Below, piece by piece: positions 22,747-38,224 of a DNA stretch of 64,000 nt. Under the pieces are notes generated by a model. It was not told the origin of the DNA and did no database searches. It was given only the letters and a program-made list of their open reading frames with translations. This DNA is from Adineta vaga (Eukaryota > Animalia > Rotifera): assembly GCA_021613535.1 (NCBI GenBank), contig CP075497.1, positions 11,346,001 to 11,410,000 on the forward strand, in the 5' to 3' direction. Position numbers and translations under genes: made by a program. How positions within the stretch are numbered: the first letter of the stretch is position 1; the number at the start of each line of letters is the position of its first letter.

Positions 22747-25700
22747 TGAATCTTGATTCTATCTCACTTGCACTTGCTCAAATATCATTTAAAATCAAAA
22801 CATTATCGAAAAACAATTTCAAAGCACTTACAGAAATTACGAATGTGAATTATCTTGAACTTTCTCTTCATTATTCAATTCTTTCTTCACTTTTCAGCTC
22901 ATAACTACATATGGATTTGAAGCAGAACGACATTTATATCGAACTTTAGTCAATTATCTCTATGTACAATCAAATGAAGACAATATTCAGATCAATTATT
23001 GGTTACATGAGATTCCATCATTGATCACAAAACCAAATTTTATCACATTGATTTGTTATGCATTCGATACAGCTATTACACAAAAGGTAGTAAAGATCGA
23101 TCATTGATCAACGTGAATTCTGTTTCTTTAGTCATTGAATATTTCAAATGAATTTTTTGTATCATTATCGAATATATTGAAATTGAATCAATCACAAGAA
23201 CTTGTCTTTGCACTTGCATTGTATAATTCTATCCATGATGAGTTGAAAATCTTAGCGTGGAAATTTCTTCATGGACGTTTACCTGATTTGATCTATGTTG
23301 CATCTAGTGGTATGTTGATTATTAAAGGAATGAAATGTTTGTATCTATACTTGTATCTTTGTTTAAAGATAATGGAATAAATAAAACAGGTTTAAGTGAT
23401 TTATCCATTGAAGTTCTTCATTCATTGTTATTATTCATATCAAATGAGTCAATGGTTAAATCAGAAGATTTGGAAAAGTTTTTGAATAATCTTCGAAAAG
23501 GTAGGAAAGAAAATTGATGGATAGATTATTCAGAGTGTAATTATAATCTTTTAGAATATCCAGAAGAACGACTAGGCTCTAGTAGTTCTGTGATACTTTT
23601 ACCATTACTTTATTCATCGAGTAAATCATCCATTGATCTTTCTTCTAGTCAATTATTATCAAATTCAAGTAATCTATCGAATTCTGTGGTAAGCCACACA
23701 AGAAAAGCCGAACATTGAGTATTGAAATTTTTCTCTTTGATTTCAGTCGCAAATGAATGGATCTTTAGCTGATGTGATACTTGAAATAGGTTATAATTTT
23801 ACGAATTCTGTGGAAGATTGTCGAAAAACTCTTATACATTTTGGTTTACAAGAAATTAAACCAATCACCATTGCTCGAATGATTTCAGCAATGATAAAAA
23901 CTCATTCAGGTCTACATGAAAATATGAATATCTTGGTAAATCAAAGTTTTTCAACTAAAATTGTTCATTTAAATCGAAAATTTCTTAAGGATTCTAATGG
24001 CGTTGATCTTATCACGAATAAAGTGAAACAATCAACACAAACATGGAATATGGATATATTTGCTCATGCTATTAATGACTTAGTATGAGGAAACATCATA
24101 TATAAATTGTTAATTATTTCAAAATATGTTTTCTTTTGAGATCCCGACAGTGAATTGGAAAGATGTGGTGAAAGAATTTGATCATCCCGGTTTTATTGTA
24201 CATGATCGACAAGCATTAGTTCTTCTTGTAACAGCACTACATCGGGCGATTCCAACTGAACTTTACATCGATTTACTTTATAATCAATGGCAGAATGTTA
24301 AAGGACAAGTAGGAAATGATTTATCTAAATGAAAATATTTCATTCGAACAAGTTTTAGTTATCATGGTTAGCTCAAGCGATTCGTTATCCTGATGTCTTC
24401 TATCTCGGTGTTCATCCTGTACATTCAATTTCGATTGATTGCTTCAAATATCCACTTGATGAAACAAAAGAAATATGGACTTGGTAGAAATAAACTTGAA
24501 TTCGATGAAAATTTATATGAGAAGTTTGATTTATTTAGGCGTTCATTGAATTTAATCGAATGTTTATTACGAATTGCTGATATGGGTTTATATTCAACTG
24601 TTTTCGAAATATTTAAATATGGAATACAACGTTCTAAGGAATTGATTTTTCTTGGTTTATTGCAGCTCAATGTAGGTTTATATATGATTCATTGATCTTT
24701 CACTCTTTCTCCAGATAGATAGTTAGTTCTTCTTATCAATAGGGAGAAACTTGACATCAATATTATTGAGTAGGCATAGTAGCGAGACAGAATTGCACGA
24801 ACGACTTTACACACATAGTCATGACAATGAGAGAAAAATGTACCTATTAAATCTTGATTTTTTCATGTATTTCTTAAATTTCAGACAATATGGACAACAA
24901 CGAAACAAGAATTACTACAATTAATTATTCCAACACTTCTTGTCAAAAGTGCTAATGTTAGTTTCTTACTGAACTACATGTGGAATTCACAAGTAAGACA
25001 AAATACGATGAAAGTAAATTCTTCAAAATAATTTTTATTCATTTCAGTATCATGCTAATGAATTACGTATAACGTTATTAACATCTTTAGCTGATTGGTA
25101 TAATCGTGCAAATGATCATGAACAACAACAACAACAACGACTTAGTCATATTCTTGAAATTGTTCGAGATCTTAAAAGTTTACCAATAGTACTTGGAGCA
25201 CAACCGATATTATTTGTATTGGATCTTGCGTGTTTAGCATCACGACGTGGTTATTTAAAATTAGATAAATGGTTATCTGATAAATTACATGAATATCAAG
25301 TAAGAATATATTTTATGACAATGAAAAAATCTAATTTATTCTTCCTTTTCTTTTTTAGGAATTACTTGTTCAAACAATAGTTCAATATATGCATTTAAAA
25401 GCTTCTCAATTACTTCTTTCTTCACCTTTGTTCACAGATGATCTTAGAATAAAATCAATGGCTAATATTGAAACAATCAATATTCTTTTAGCTGTCCTAG
25501 AAATCGCGTTACCTTCAATTACAAATAATGATCTAAATCAAGAAATTCGCACCTTATTATTAACAGCCAAATTTCTTTCAAGTACCAATATCAATGAGTC
25601 AACAATTCAAAGATCTACTTCACTTTTATTATCAACTCAATTTTATTCCCTACAAAGTAAGAAAGATTGAACTGTCGCTTTTTGCATGGAAAATATATTT

Positions 25701-28700
25701 CCAAACGTGTGCTGCCACAGTCACATCAATATAGTCCATAGTAGAGGATGCCATAATGAATATGCACATCGCTGGAGAGAGAAAGAACGAGAAGAACGAA
25801 CGCCTATGTCATCGAACACAAAAACAAAAACGGCGGCCGAGACGGAGAAAAGTCGCTTGTATGTATGTGTGTGTATACATGCATGCATGTTAGTGAGAGC
25901 AATAGTAACAACAGCAGCAGCAGCAAAAGAACGGAAGAACGTAAGAGAGAAAGAGAGAGAAAAAGTTCGAGAAAGAAAAGAAAAAGAAACGAGCGAGAAA
26001 AATAGAGATTTGTCGACACGTCCACCATTACAACTCGTATTTTTGACAAAACAATAATAATAAGCCATGCGACGATTACAGCAAAAACAGCGTTGTCTGA
26101 TCAGATTTATCGAGGGTCTATACACCTATTCGTCTATGGGATAGTTAAGAAAAAGAGAGAAAGAAAAAGAAATTCAACAACATAGTTCGATTGTATTTAC
26201 TAGAAAATGATGATGGATCCAAGTGAACATCTTCTCAGTGAGATAGAAATATATTCTATGTCTTAATTTTGTTTCTTTTTTCTTCTTTTAAAATAAAGAT
26301 ACAACGGTTAATGATCCATTAGCAATTGGTTCATCATCGTCAACGACTACATCAACAACAGTAACATCCATGGGTGAAATCGCTGATGTTGATGTTTATT
26401 TCAAACGTTTATATTCTAAAACAAATAATCCACCACCAATATCTGTCGATGAATTTCTCGATATAATGGCTCGATGTAAAGATTCTCAAATTCAACGAGA
26501 AAAGGTACGAAATTTTGATCGAATACTTCATTGCATTTTCTAAGATACGTTGTTTGTTTTCAGGAAGTTTTTCAAAATGGTGTAAGAAATTTGTTTGAAG
26601 AATATAAATTCTATACACAATATCCCGAACGAGAATTACATTTAACAGCACAATTATTCGGAGGTCTTATCGAACGAGGTTTATTTCAACAACATGCATT
26701 AGTGGCTGCTTTTCGAGCTATATTAGAAGGTTTGAAAAAGTCACCTGGTTCAAATCTTTGGAATTTTGCTGTTACAGCATTGGACAGATGCAAAGCAAGG
26801 TATGTTTAGACAAAAAATGAGTCATGAAATCGAAAGAACAATCAAAATTATCTACGCATATTTATTTATTTTTGTTTACATCATATCTTTTTAGAGTTCG
26901 AGATCAATCTACATTTGTTCAAGGCCTACGAAGTTTACCAACTTATTCAGATATCCCAGCAAATATCCGAGAATATCTTGAATATGGTTCCAAACCGAAT
27001 CATCCACCACAATTTGATTCATTACGTACATTAACCCCAACATCAACCTTACCACTACCAATAACCGCTAGTCCTCAACCACAAGTATCTCATTCACCCA
27101 TGACACCAGCGAATATGTTTCCACGTATGAATAGTGGACCACCCATCAATAATCAACAACAATATGCACCAGGCAATAATATCGGTGGTGGTCTTGGAAG
27201 AGAAAATCCTGCACAAAAAGGAGTAAGATTTTCGAAGAATGATTTTGTTTTTGTGATTATATATCTATTGTTTATTTAGCCATCTTTAACTCAAAATGCA
27301 AATATCCGAACATTAACAAGTGATCCTGGTTATTCACTTGTTCGTGTAAAACCACCACCTGAACAAATCAATGATAAAGTTGCGTTTACATTTAATAATT
27401 TATCGTTTGCTAATATATCTGACAAGGTAAAATACAGACACGATTTTGTTTCGTTTTTTGTTATGAAAAGTTTCTTGTCTTTAGGCTGAAGAATTAAAAG
27501 AAGTGTTAGGTAATGATGATCAATTATGGAAATGGGTTGGTCAATATTTAGTAATGAAACGTGTTTCTATTGAACCAAATTTTCATGCGTTATATGCTGG
27601 TTTTCTTAATACTATCAATGTTAATGTTCTTTATGATACAGTATTAAGTGAAACTCATCGAAATATTAAAGTAAAAAAGAAGAAAATCAATACAACTGAT
27701 TCGAAATAATTTGTTTGCTTTTTTTTAGATTCTTTTGACAAATGATAAACAACTGAGTAATATACCTGATCGAGCTTTATTAAAGAATTTGGGTCATTGG
27801 TTAGGAATAATTACTATCGGTAAAAATAAACCAATTCTTGCTACGGTGCGTATTATACTTATTTGAAAAATAAAATTTTGTATATTTTTCTGTATGTTCT
27901 ATAGGATTTGGAAATAAAATCGATTGTTATCGAAGCATATCATATGGGTTCACAAGATTTATTATACATCATTCCATTTGTCGCCAAAATTTTAGAATCA
28001 TGTTCTCGAAGCAAAGTAAAATGAAAAGAAAATTAGTTCATTTAATATATCTATTTGATTTCATACAGATTTTTCAACAACCAAATCCATGGTTAATGGG
28101 AATCATGTCTATTCTTGCTGAAATGCATTCAACACATGATTTTAAGTTGAATTTAAAATTTGAAATTGAAGTTCTTTGTAGACAACTACAACTTCAATTA
28201 AATGTAAATAGAAAATCATCATTTTACGAATTTAAAATAATCTTATTCTTAATTAGGATATTCCAATTCATAATATCTTATCAAATAAAGAATATTTCGA
28301 TAAAATCGAAAAACAATTATCGACTACAAATCGTCAAACAGGTGGATATCAATCTCAACAATCATTGAATGCAACAACGACAACATCATCATTACTCTAT
28401 AATGATCCAGCCATTCTTAATTATCATTCACTTCCATCTAGTCAACAATCTACAGCCACTTCATCAATATTATCAATTCCTATTCAACCACCACCAACTT
28501 TATCAGCTACATCACCGGTATCAGCAGGTTCATCACTTCCTCCTGTTCCGAAATATAAATTATCTGATTTTAAACCATCAATATTTCAATCCTTAAGTTC
28601 AATGCTTGAAATCAATCCAAATATTCTTCTTTTTCAACATCATCCACGTCTTAAAACATACATTCATTCTCCTATCGAACAAGCTATTAATGAAAGTCTT

Positions 28701-31700
28701 CAAACTGTTCAACGTTCACTTAAAGTTGCAACAAGTGCTGCTGAAACTATTGTTAAAAAAGATTTTCTTCTTAATCCCGATGAACAACAATTACGTACAT
28801 CTGCACGGAATATGGTTGCTTATCTAAGTAGTGGTCTTGTTCTTATAACTGCACGTCCAGCCTTACAAGATCAAATTCAATTATATATTAAAACACATTT
28901 ACTAACTGTTCTTGGTGTTCCACAAGTTTCAGCAACAAATGGTACATCAACAACAGGAAATACAAATGCAAATGATGCACCTACAGCAACAATAACAAAT
29001 GGTACATCAACAGATCAGTTATCCAGTCAAATACGTGATATGATTCAACAAGCTGCAACTGAAATCGCTGCATCAAATATTGAATTATGTTGTTGTCTTT
29101 TACAACGAATAACTATTCATCGTGCTATTCAATTAATTGATCAACGTTTAGCAAGTGACATTGAAGTTCGACAACGTTCTCGTTTAGAAGGACGACAATT
29201 ACCATCAGCTGCAAATATAACTGAATTTCAGTCAGATAGATTATTGGAACCAATTCGTTTACGTTATGGACCATTATCTTCTCATCAATTGGCTATTTAT
29301 GAAGATTTTGTTCATTTTATTCCAGGTTTTAAACCGAGTGATAATGAAAAACGAGATCTTGTTTCAATGGACGAAACAGGTCCTTCCGTTTGGGATCGTT
29401 TAATAACGGAAATTGATCAAACAATTCAAACTCAACATAATCAAACATTTGTTAATCCACTACAACGTTTATTAGAAAGTGTCAATGTTCTTCGAACAAA
29501 TCTACATAATCAAGTATCAACAAATGCCCCACAAGCAGCATTAACTAATGTATTAAATATTATTATCTACAATTTACTTGAACATTATACACTTCAATCA
29601 CAAAATCAAGATGGAGATAATTTAGAACGTTTTAAAAATGTTCATATGAGTGTTTTAAAATTACTTGTCGAAATTCGTTTACATATGTCATTAATTAATA
29701 AACAATTAACAAAAGCTTGGTTAGATTGTTCAAATGATTTGAAATTTAATGTTCATGCTGTCAATCAATTAATTCGTAATCGTCTTTTGGATGTTCGTCA
29801 AATGGATGGACATGTTGCACAATTAATCGATTCAGGAAATAATCCTGCACTTCATTTTGCTGTAAATTTTCTTCGAAATTGTGTTATTGAACAACCATGT
29901 TGTGTCGATACAGATATTGCTGCTATTCTCGATTCACTTCATCGAATATCATTAATTGGTAAACAACCAGCTGAAGCTGTACGAGATTTATTAGAAATAA
30001 TACGTTTAAATTATATATCATTGTCAACAAATAATAATAATAATACAAATGGTAATGAAACAAATGCAACAAATGATACAAATCCTTCATCACCACAAGG
30101 AAAAGTTGATAAATTAGCCATTATATCTTTATCTGTTATAAGTAATGGACATAAATATTTAGTTTCAACTGATGAAATGGAAACAGCAGCAATTGCAAAT
30201 AAAGCAAAACATATTTTAGGTGATTGGGTTAAATTAACAATGACACAAACAAATCGTCTTAGTCAACAACAAGCATTTCAAAATGTTTTCAATCAAATGA
30301 ATATGCAAGGTTTATTTCGTTCTGATGATACAATTGCCAAATTTCTTCGTATGACCATTCAATTATGTGTCAATAGTGTTTATGATATTATTCGTCAAGC
30401 ACCACCTCTCACATCCTCATCATCCTCATCATCATCTTCATCATCAACTCAACAAGCACATTATACACGTTGTCATCAAGGAATTGATTCACTTTGTCGA
30501 TTTTTATCTCTTTTAACAACACATACATCCGATAATAATAACTATGGTGCACGTATTCATTTAATCAATCGAATTTTAGGTATTTTAGCTGCACATTGTT
30601 ATGCTGATCATGAAGAACAAGGCGATCAATTTCATCCCTTAGCATATCAACGAATAATTCTCAATCTATTTCAAGAATCAACTGCAGCTGTTTCATCAAC
30701 ATTATTAAATTCAACATCAACGATGGAAGAGAATTCAGCTAATGAACATGTAATGTATTATATTTATTTAGCATTTACAAATTGTTTACATCTTTTACGT
30801 CCACAACGTGTACCCGGTTTTGCATTTGCTTGGCTTGAAATTGTTGCACATCGAACATTTATGTCTCGTTTACTTCTATCAGCTGGTCGTTTTACTCGTC
30901 AAACTCATCATATGTATGCTTTATTACTTGTGGATGCACTACGTTTAGTTACACCATTTATACGTTCGGGTGAACATGCCCAATCATTTCAAGTTTATTT
31001 CAAAGGCATCTTGAAAACATTTATGTTATTATTACATGATTTTCCAGAATTTCTATGTGAACATTATTATCAATTTTGTGATGCTTTACCATTAATTGCA
31101 CATCAATTACGTAATATTGTTTTATCAGCATTTCCTAAACATATGCGATGTCCTGATCCATTTTTGGTTAATTTTAAAGTTGATATGCTTAATGATATAT
31201 CAATTGTTCCAGTGATTGCTTATAATTTCTCTCAAAATATTCAACCACCTAAATTCAAACAAAATCTTGATTCATATTTACGTACACGTGCACCAGTTAC
31301 ATTTTTATCTGAATTACGTTCCTATTTACAACAAGGTGCTGATCCTGGTTCACATTATAATATTCGAATGTTAAATGCACTTGTTCTCTATGTTGCTACA
31401 CAAGCATTATCAACATTAAATAATAAAACCAATGGTCAACCATTAATGTCATCAATAACACATTCAGCACATATGGATATTTTTCAAAATTTAGCTGTCG
31501 ATTTAGATACAGAAGGACGTTATATATTTTTAAATGCTATGGCTAATCATTTAAGATATCCAAATACACATACACATTATTTTAGTTATACACTTTTGTA
31601 TTTATTTGCTGAAGCCAATTCAGAAGCTTTACAAGAACAAATTGTTCGGTATGTGATTCTTTATTTTTTGTTATTCTAATCAAATACAATGATTTTCATT

Positions 31701-32070
31701 TCTATTGTATAGAGTGTTACTTGAACGACTGGTTGCTAATCGTCCACATCCATGGGGCTTATTAATAACATTTCTTGAACTTGTTCGCAATCCAAATTTA
31801 AAACTTTGGTCTCGAGAATTTATGAGCATTTCACCAGATGTTAAACGGTTCGTTTTATCACTTATTTCAGCATCCTCTTCTTCGTTGTCAAATAGTGAAA
31901 ATTCTAACTAAATCTTGTTTTTTTTTTGCTTTTCATTTTGTATATCTAACCTAACTAATATGCTTTCTAGCTTACTGACAACACTTACACGTGGCTTTCC
32001 TCATATTCCTAATGCACCAGTTAGTGGTCAACAACAAGCACAGCAACAAACAGCCATTGTCAAACCCTAG
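22747..32070 (+). CDS. CNOT1: CCR4-NOT transcription complex subunit 1, multi-exon
   Basis: [15 protein letters not shown]-terminus, [82 protein letters not shown]-like, [53 protein letters not shown] phase-compatible 642-nt intron at 25657-26298 links the two halves. Confidence 0.96.
25657..26222 (+). promoter_or_regulatory. Putative internal promoter/5'UTR and alternative start exon (MMMDP, 26204-26222) inside a CNOT1 intron
   Basis: The intron is about ten times longer than its neighbours and carries CpG-richer, GA-repeat sequence. It contains the exon TTACTAG|AAAATGATGATGGATCCAA|GTGAAC, whose ATGs are in frame with the exon at 26299. Confidence 0.55.
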
Positions 32071-33077
32071 TCGTTTGTATGTTCTTTCTCATTTTGTTTA
32101 TTTCTTCTTGTATAGAGTTGATGTTCATTTGCTTAAATGTCTATATTATATATATATAAATATGTGTGTATGTTTATTTCTATCCTATCATCAGACAAAC
32201 ACAATATTCTGGTTGAGTGCATTGTTCTTTCTCGATTATTTTTCCGTTTATTTGTTTGATTGTTTGTTTTTATATATCTTCATTCTTCCCATTATAGAAA
32301 AATTTTTTCATTAGTAGTTCTTGGATATTATTATTATTATTATTATACAAAAAAAAAACACTATCAAAGATTTGAAAATGGTTTCTCACTCTCTTCCAAG
32401 AGAGTTGTGCATGAAACATTGTGTCTCATTGTACTTTTTAAATTGTCATTGCGTTTGATATTTTGGGTGATTTCTTTCTTTTTTTTCTTCTTTTGTTGTA
32501 TACGCATAGCGTTGTGAACAGATAGAGATTATATAACATGTTTTTCTCTTCATTAATTTTGATTAGCTCATCTCTAACCGCTCTGTGTATTTAACATGAG
32601 GAAAAGAAACCCGCCATTGTTTATAAACTCTCTTTAAGTTCTCTCATTTTTTCTTTTCGTTCTTTTTTTTGTTGTGTGCGTTTCTCTCATCACTATATGT
32701 GTGTGTGATCTTCATTTTTTTTGAGAAAAAAAACAGAAAACTGAAAAAAAAACACGATTTTCACTATCTCAAATGAATGCAACGGTAAGCGACATCTATA
32801 AGAGATTTTCATGATTGGTTGTAGAAGAATGTAGAATGAAGATTTTGTTTTATTGAATTGAATCATTCGCACTTCGAAGTAGTTTCTTTCGATTTGGAAT
32901 TGGAAATGATAGATGTGTGTTATTTGTTATTTCAGATAGGTGGATTGAATTTTGTTATATAACATTTCGTATTTGTTTGATGTGAGTGTAAGTTATTTCC
33001 TGATTGTCTCATGTGTTTCGAGTCGCCATCATCTTTACCAAAACAGAAAATGAGAATATCATCATCTTGAACTAGTC

Positions 33078-36000
33078 ATGAATATTTCTAGGTTATTTAT
33101 TCGTTCATCAAATCAATTAGGAAATTTTCTTCGTTGTTATTCGATAAAATCACCATTGAGATGGCCATCATCTCGTGTTCGTCAAACATTTATCGATTAT
33201 TTCACCGAAAATTCTTCCATTTCTCATACAATAATTCCATCATCATCTGTCATACCACCAAAAGATTCAGGAACTTATTTTGTCAACAGTGGAATGAATC
33301 AATTCAAAAGTATATTTCTTTCTCAACAAAATCATCATCAACAACAACAACAACAATGTGTTGTTAATTATCAAAAATGTATTCGAGTTGGCGGAAAACA
33401 TAATGATCTATCTGATGTTGGTCATGATACATATCATCATACATTCTTTGAAATGTTAGGAAATTGGTCGTTTAATAATGCGTATTTTAAACGAGAAGCA
33501 TGTACGATGGCCTACGATCTTTTAACAAGAATCTATGGTATTGACAAGAATCGATTGTTCTTTACGTATTTTAAAGGAGAAGATAATCTGATTGAAGCCG
33601 ATTATGAAACGCGACAAATTTGGATTGACTTAGGAATTGATTCGAAGAGGATTTTACCATTTGGAATGAAAGAAAACTTTTGGGAAATGGGTGAAATAGG
33701 ACCATGTGGGCCATGTACGGAAATACATTATGATCATACAGGTGAAGGAGATTCATCGCAAGTAAATAGAGATAATCCACGTGTTGTGGAAATATGGAAT
33801 TTAGTTTTTATGCAATACGAACGACGACAAGATAAATGTAAGACTCATTTTCTTTCCGGACGATGTTTCTTCAATAGTCTAGATATTTTATTTAGCATTA
33901 ATTCCTTTGACGAATGTTCATGTTGATACTGGTATGGGTCTTGAACGTCTTATTGCCGTTCTCAATTCTCTAGAATCAAATTATGACACGGATCTATTCA
34001 CTCCACTTTTCGATACAATTCATTCATATTGTTCAAAATCTCCATCAATTCCTCCTTATCCTCAAGCAAATTCAAGTCAACAGTATGCCTATCGTTTACT
34101 AGCTGATCATGCTCGAATGTTTACTATTGCAATTGGTGATGGTCTTGTTCCGGAAAAGAAAGGTATTGGTGGTTTAGTAAAGAAAATGATTGAACGAGCA
34201 ACACGTATTGCACATGAACAATTGCATATTGATGAAGAAAATGTTGCTATCTTATCAAAATTGATCCCAATCGTAACGAATATTCTTTCACCAGCGTATC
34301 CTGATTTAAAAGAGAAAGTCAATCGTACAAAGGAATTTGTTCACTCATGTGAATTGAATTATATGAGAAAATATAAATTAGCGAAACCATTATTGGAAAA
34401 ATTTATTCAAGATAAACTTCAAAGTTAGTTTTATTGTTTTAAAAATCATTTACATATTCGGTTTGTTCTACTTTTTAGAATCTGATTATATCATAAAGGG
34501 TGATGAAATTTATCGATTATATTCCGGAAAATTTGATAGTACAAATGTACCAATAGAAATGATTGAAGACTATACACGTTTAAATCCATTATTAAAACCT
34601 GATTGGCATCAATTCGAAGAATTAATGGATGAAGAAAAACGAAAAAGTAAACTGTATTCTGTTTATAACAAAACTATCAAAGATAATCAAACTATTTCCC
34701 ATCATCCAACGGATCAACTATTAGATGTTATCAAAGGATCTTCATCAATTAAACCAACGATTGACGAACCTTACAAATATCAACTAGATCAATCATTGAC
34801 ATCGCAAGTTCAATTGATTATCAATGATCGATTAGAATCTGTTCAATCCGTTGATAAAAATACCAAATATTATATTCTTCTCGATCGAACACCATTCTAT
34901 TCAACAAGTGGTGGTCAGTCATCCGATCATGGAAGAATTCAATTTTCAAATAATCTTGTTTTTCAAGTAGAGTAAGAATCTACTTTCCATTTTTTTTTCG
35001 TCATATCTATTCCACTTTTTTACCTTTAGGAATGTATTTCGTCTTCATAAACATGTTCTTCATTATGGTTCTTTTCATGGAAATGGAAATCTCAGTGACA
35101 AAAATGTAACATGTCTTGTTGATCAAAATCGACGATTGAATTTAAGTCGGAATCATTCAACAACACATTTAATCAATAAAGTTCTACGAGATATTCTAAA
35201 CGATCCAAATTTGATGCAACAAGCATCATTGATACATGAAGATTATTTCATTTTTGAATATTCATCAATGAATACAAATGTAACACGAAGTGTTTTTGAA
35301 GAATTGGAAAAACGAGTAAGTCCAATGAAAAGCATCGTTTTTCTGTATTTTTATATCTAAATTTAGATAAATGAACTGATTCATCTCGATCTTCCTATTT
35401 CAATCAATTCACTCGATTATAATTCAGTTCGTTTTGATTCAACCATATCTCGTTTACCCAATGAAACTTATCCATCCAACGTTCGTTGTGTTAATATTGG
35501 TTCTACCTATTCTCGCGAATTATGTTGTGGTACACATGTATTATCGACAAGTGATATTGAAGATTTTCTCATCGTTCGAATTGATTCAAAAGGTCATAGT
35601 AACAAACGTTTGTATTGTGTAACTGGCTCCTTTGCGAAACAAATTCGTAATTTATTTGAAAATGATTTTCAAAAACGATTTCATTATCTTGAAACCAATC
35701 AACATCAAATATCATTCGATCATTTATACAATGAATGTCAAAATTTACGTGAAACTTATTTGAATGAGAAATCACTTTCATTTCCATATAATCAACGTTT
35801 GAATTATTTAGATCGATGGCATCGATTAACACCGGAAAAGAAAAGTTTAAGAAAATACTTTACTAATCAATTGAATCAAGATTTAACAAAGAATTTTATG
35901 CAATCAAATGTCGATATACCAATTTATGAAATTGGTTATATGCTTTTACGTTATAATGATGAGACAAATCAACGTAAACATCAACCATATGTAATTTATG

Positions 36001-36248
36001 TTAATTTTCAACAGAAAATCTTGATTATGTATTTGAAATATCCTCGTCAACGAGATCAATTGATTGAATACATGCAAAATCACTATAAAATGAATGCAAT
36101 GACAAACTTTGATCAATACGATCAACAAACGCGTGATTTATTTACTATAACAAAGAAATTAGTTGTTTTTCAACCGATTGATAAAGATTTCTTTGATCAA
36201 ATGAATTTTGATCAAATATCCACTGAACTTTTTTCACATGTTTTTTAG
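33078..36248 (+). CDS. AARS2: Alanine--tRNA ligase, mitochondrial type, multi-exon
   Basis: Arg/Ser-rich presequence MNISRLFIRSS, FVNSGMNQFK, QKCIRVGGKHNDL, HHTFFEMLGNWSF, NFWEMGEIGPCGPCTEIH, DTGMGLERL, TPFYSTSGGQSSDHG, and editing motifs NHSTTH and ELCCGTH. Confidence 0.95.
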
Positions 36249-36281
36249 ATAAATTCATAAGATATTGTTTTTTAAACGTGT

Positions 36282-38141
<1,860 letters not shown>

Positions 38142-38224
38142 TAAATCAAGATAAAGATTTTAAATTGCTCTTATATACTAATGATTGGGAAAAGAAGAAT
38201 AAGCGATATATAGACTAGTTTTAG

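Noticed and set aside
25389-25670. CNOT1 as a pseudogene because of the stop at 25670
   Set aside because: A strong phase-compatible donor (A|GTAAGA, 25657) precedes the stop and restores the full-length frame.
25686-26125. Overlapping ORFs of 123, 134 and 81 aa in the long CNOT1 intron
   Set aside because: They are translations of GA/CT low-complexity sequence with no domain features.
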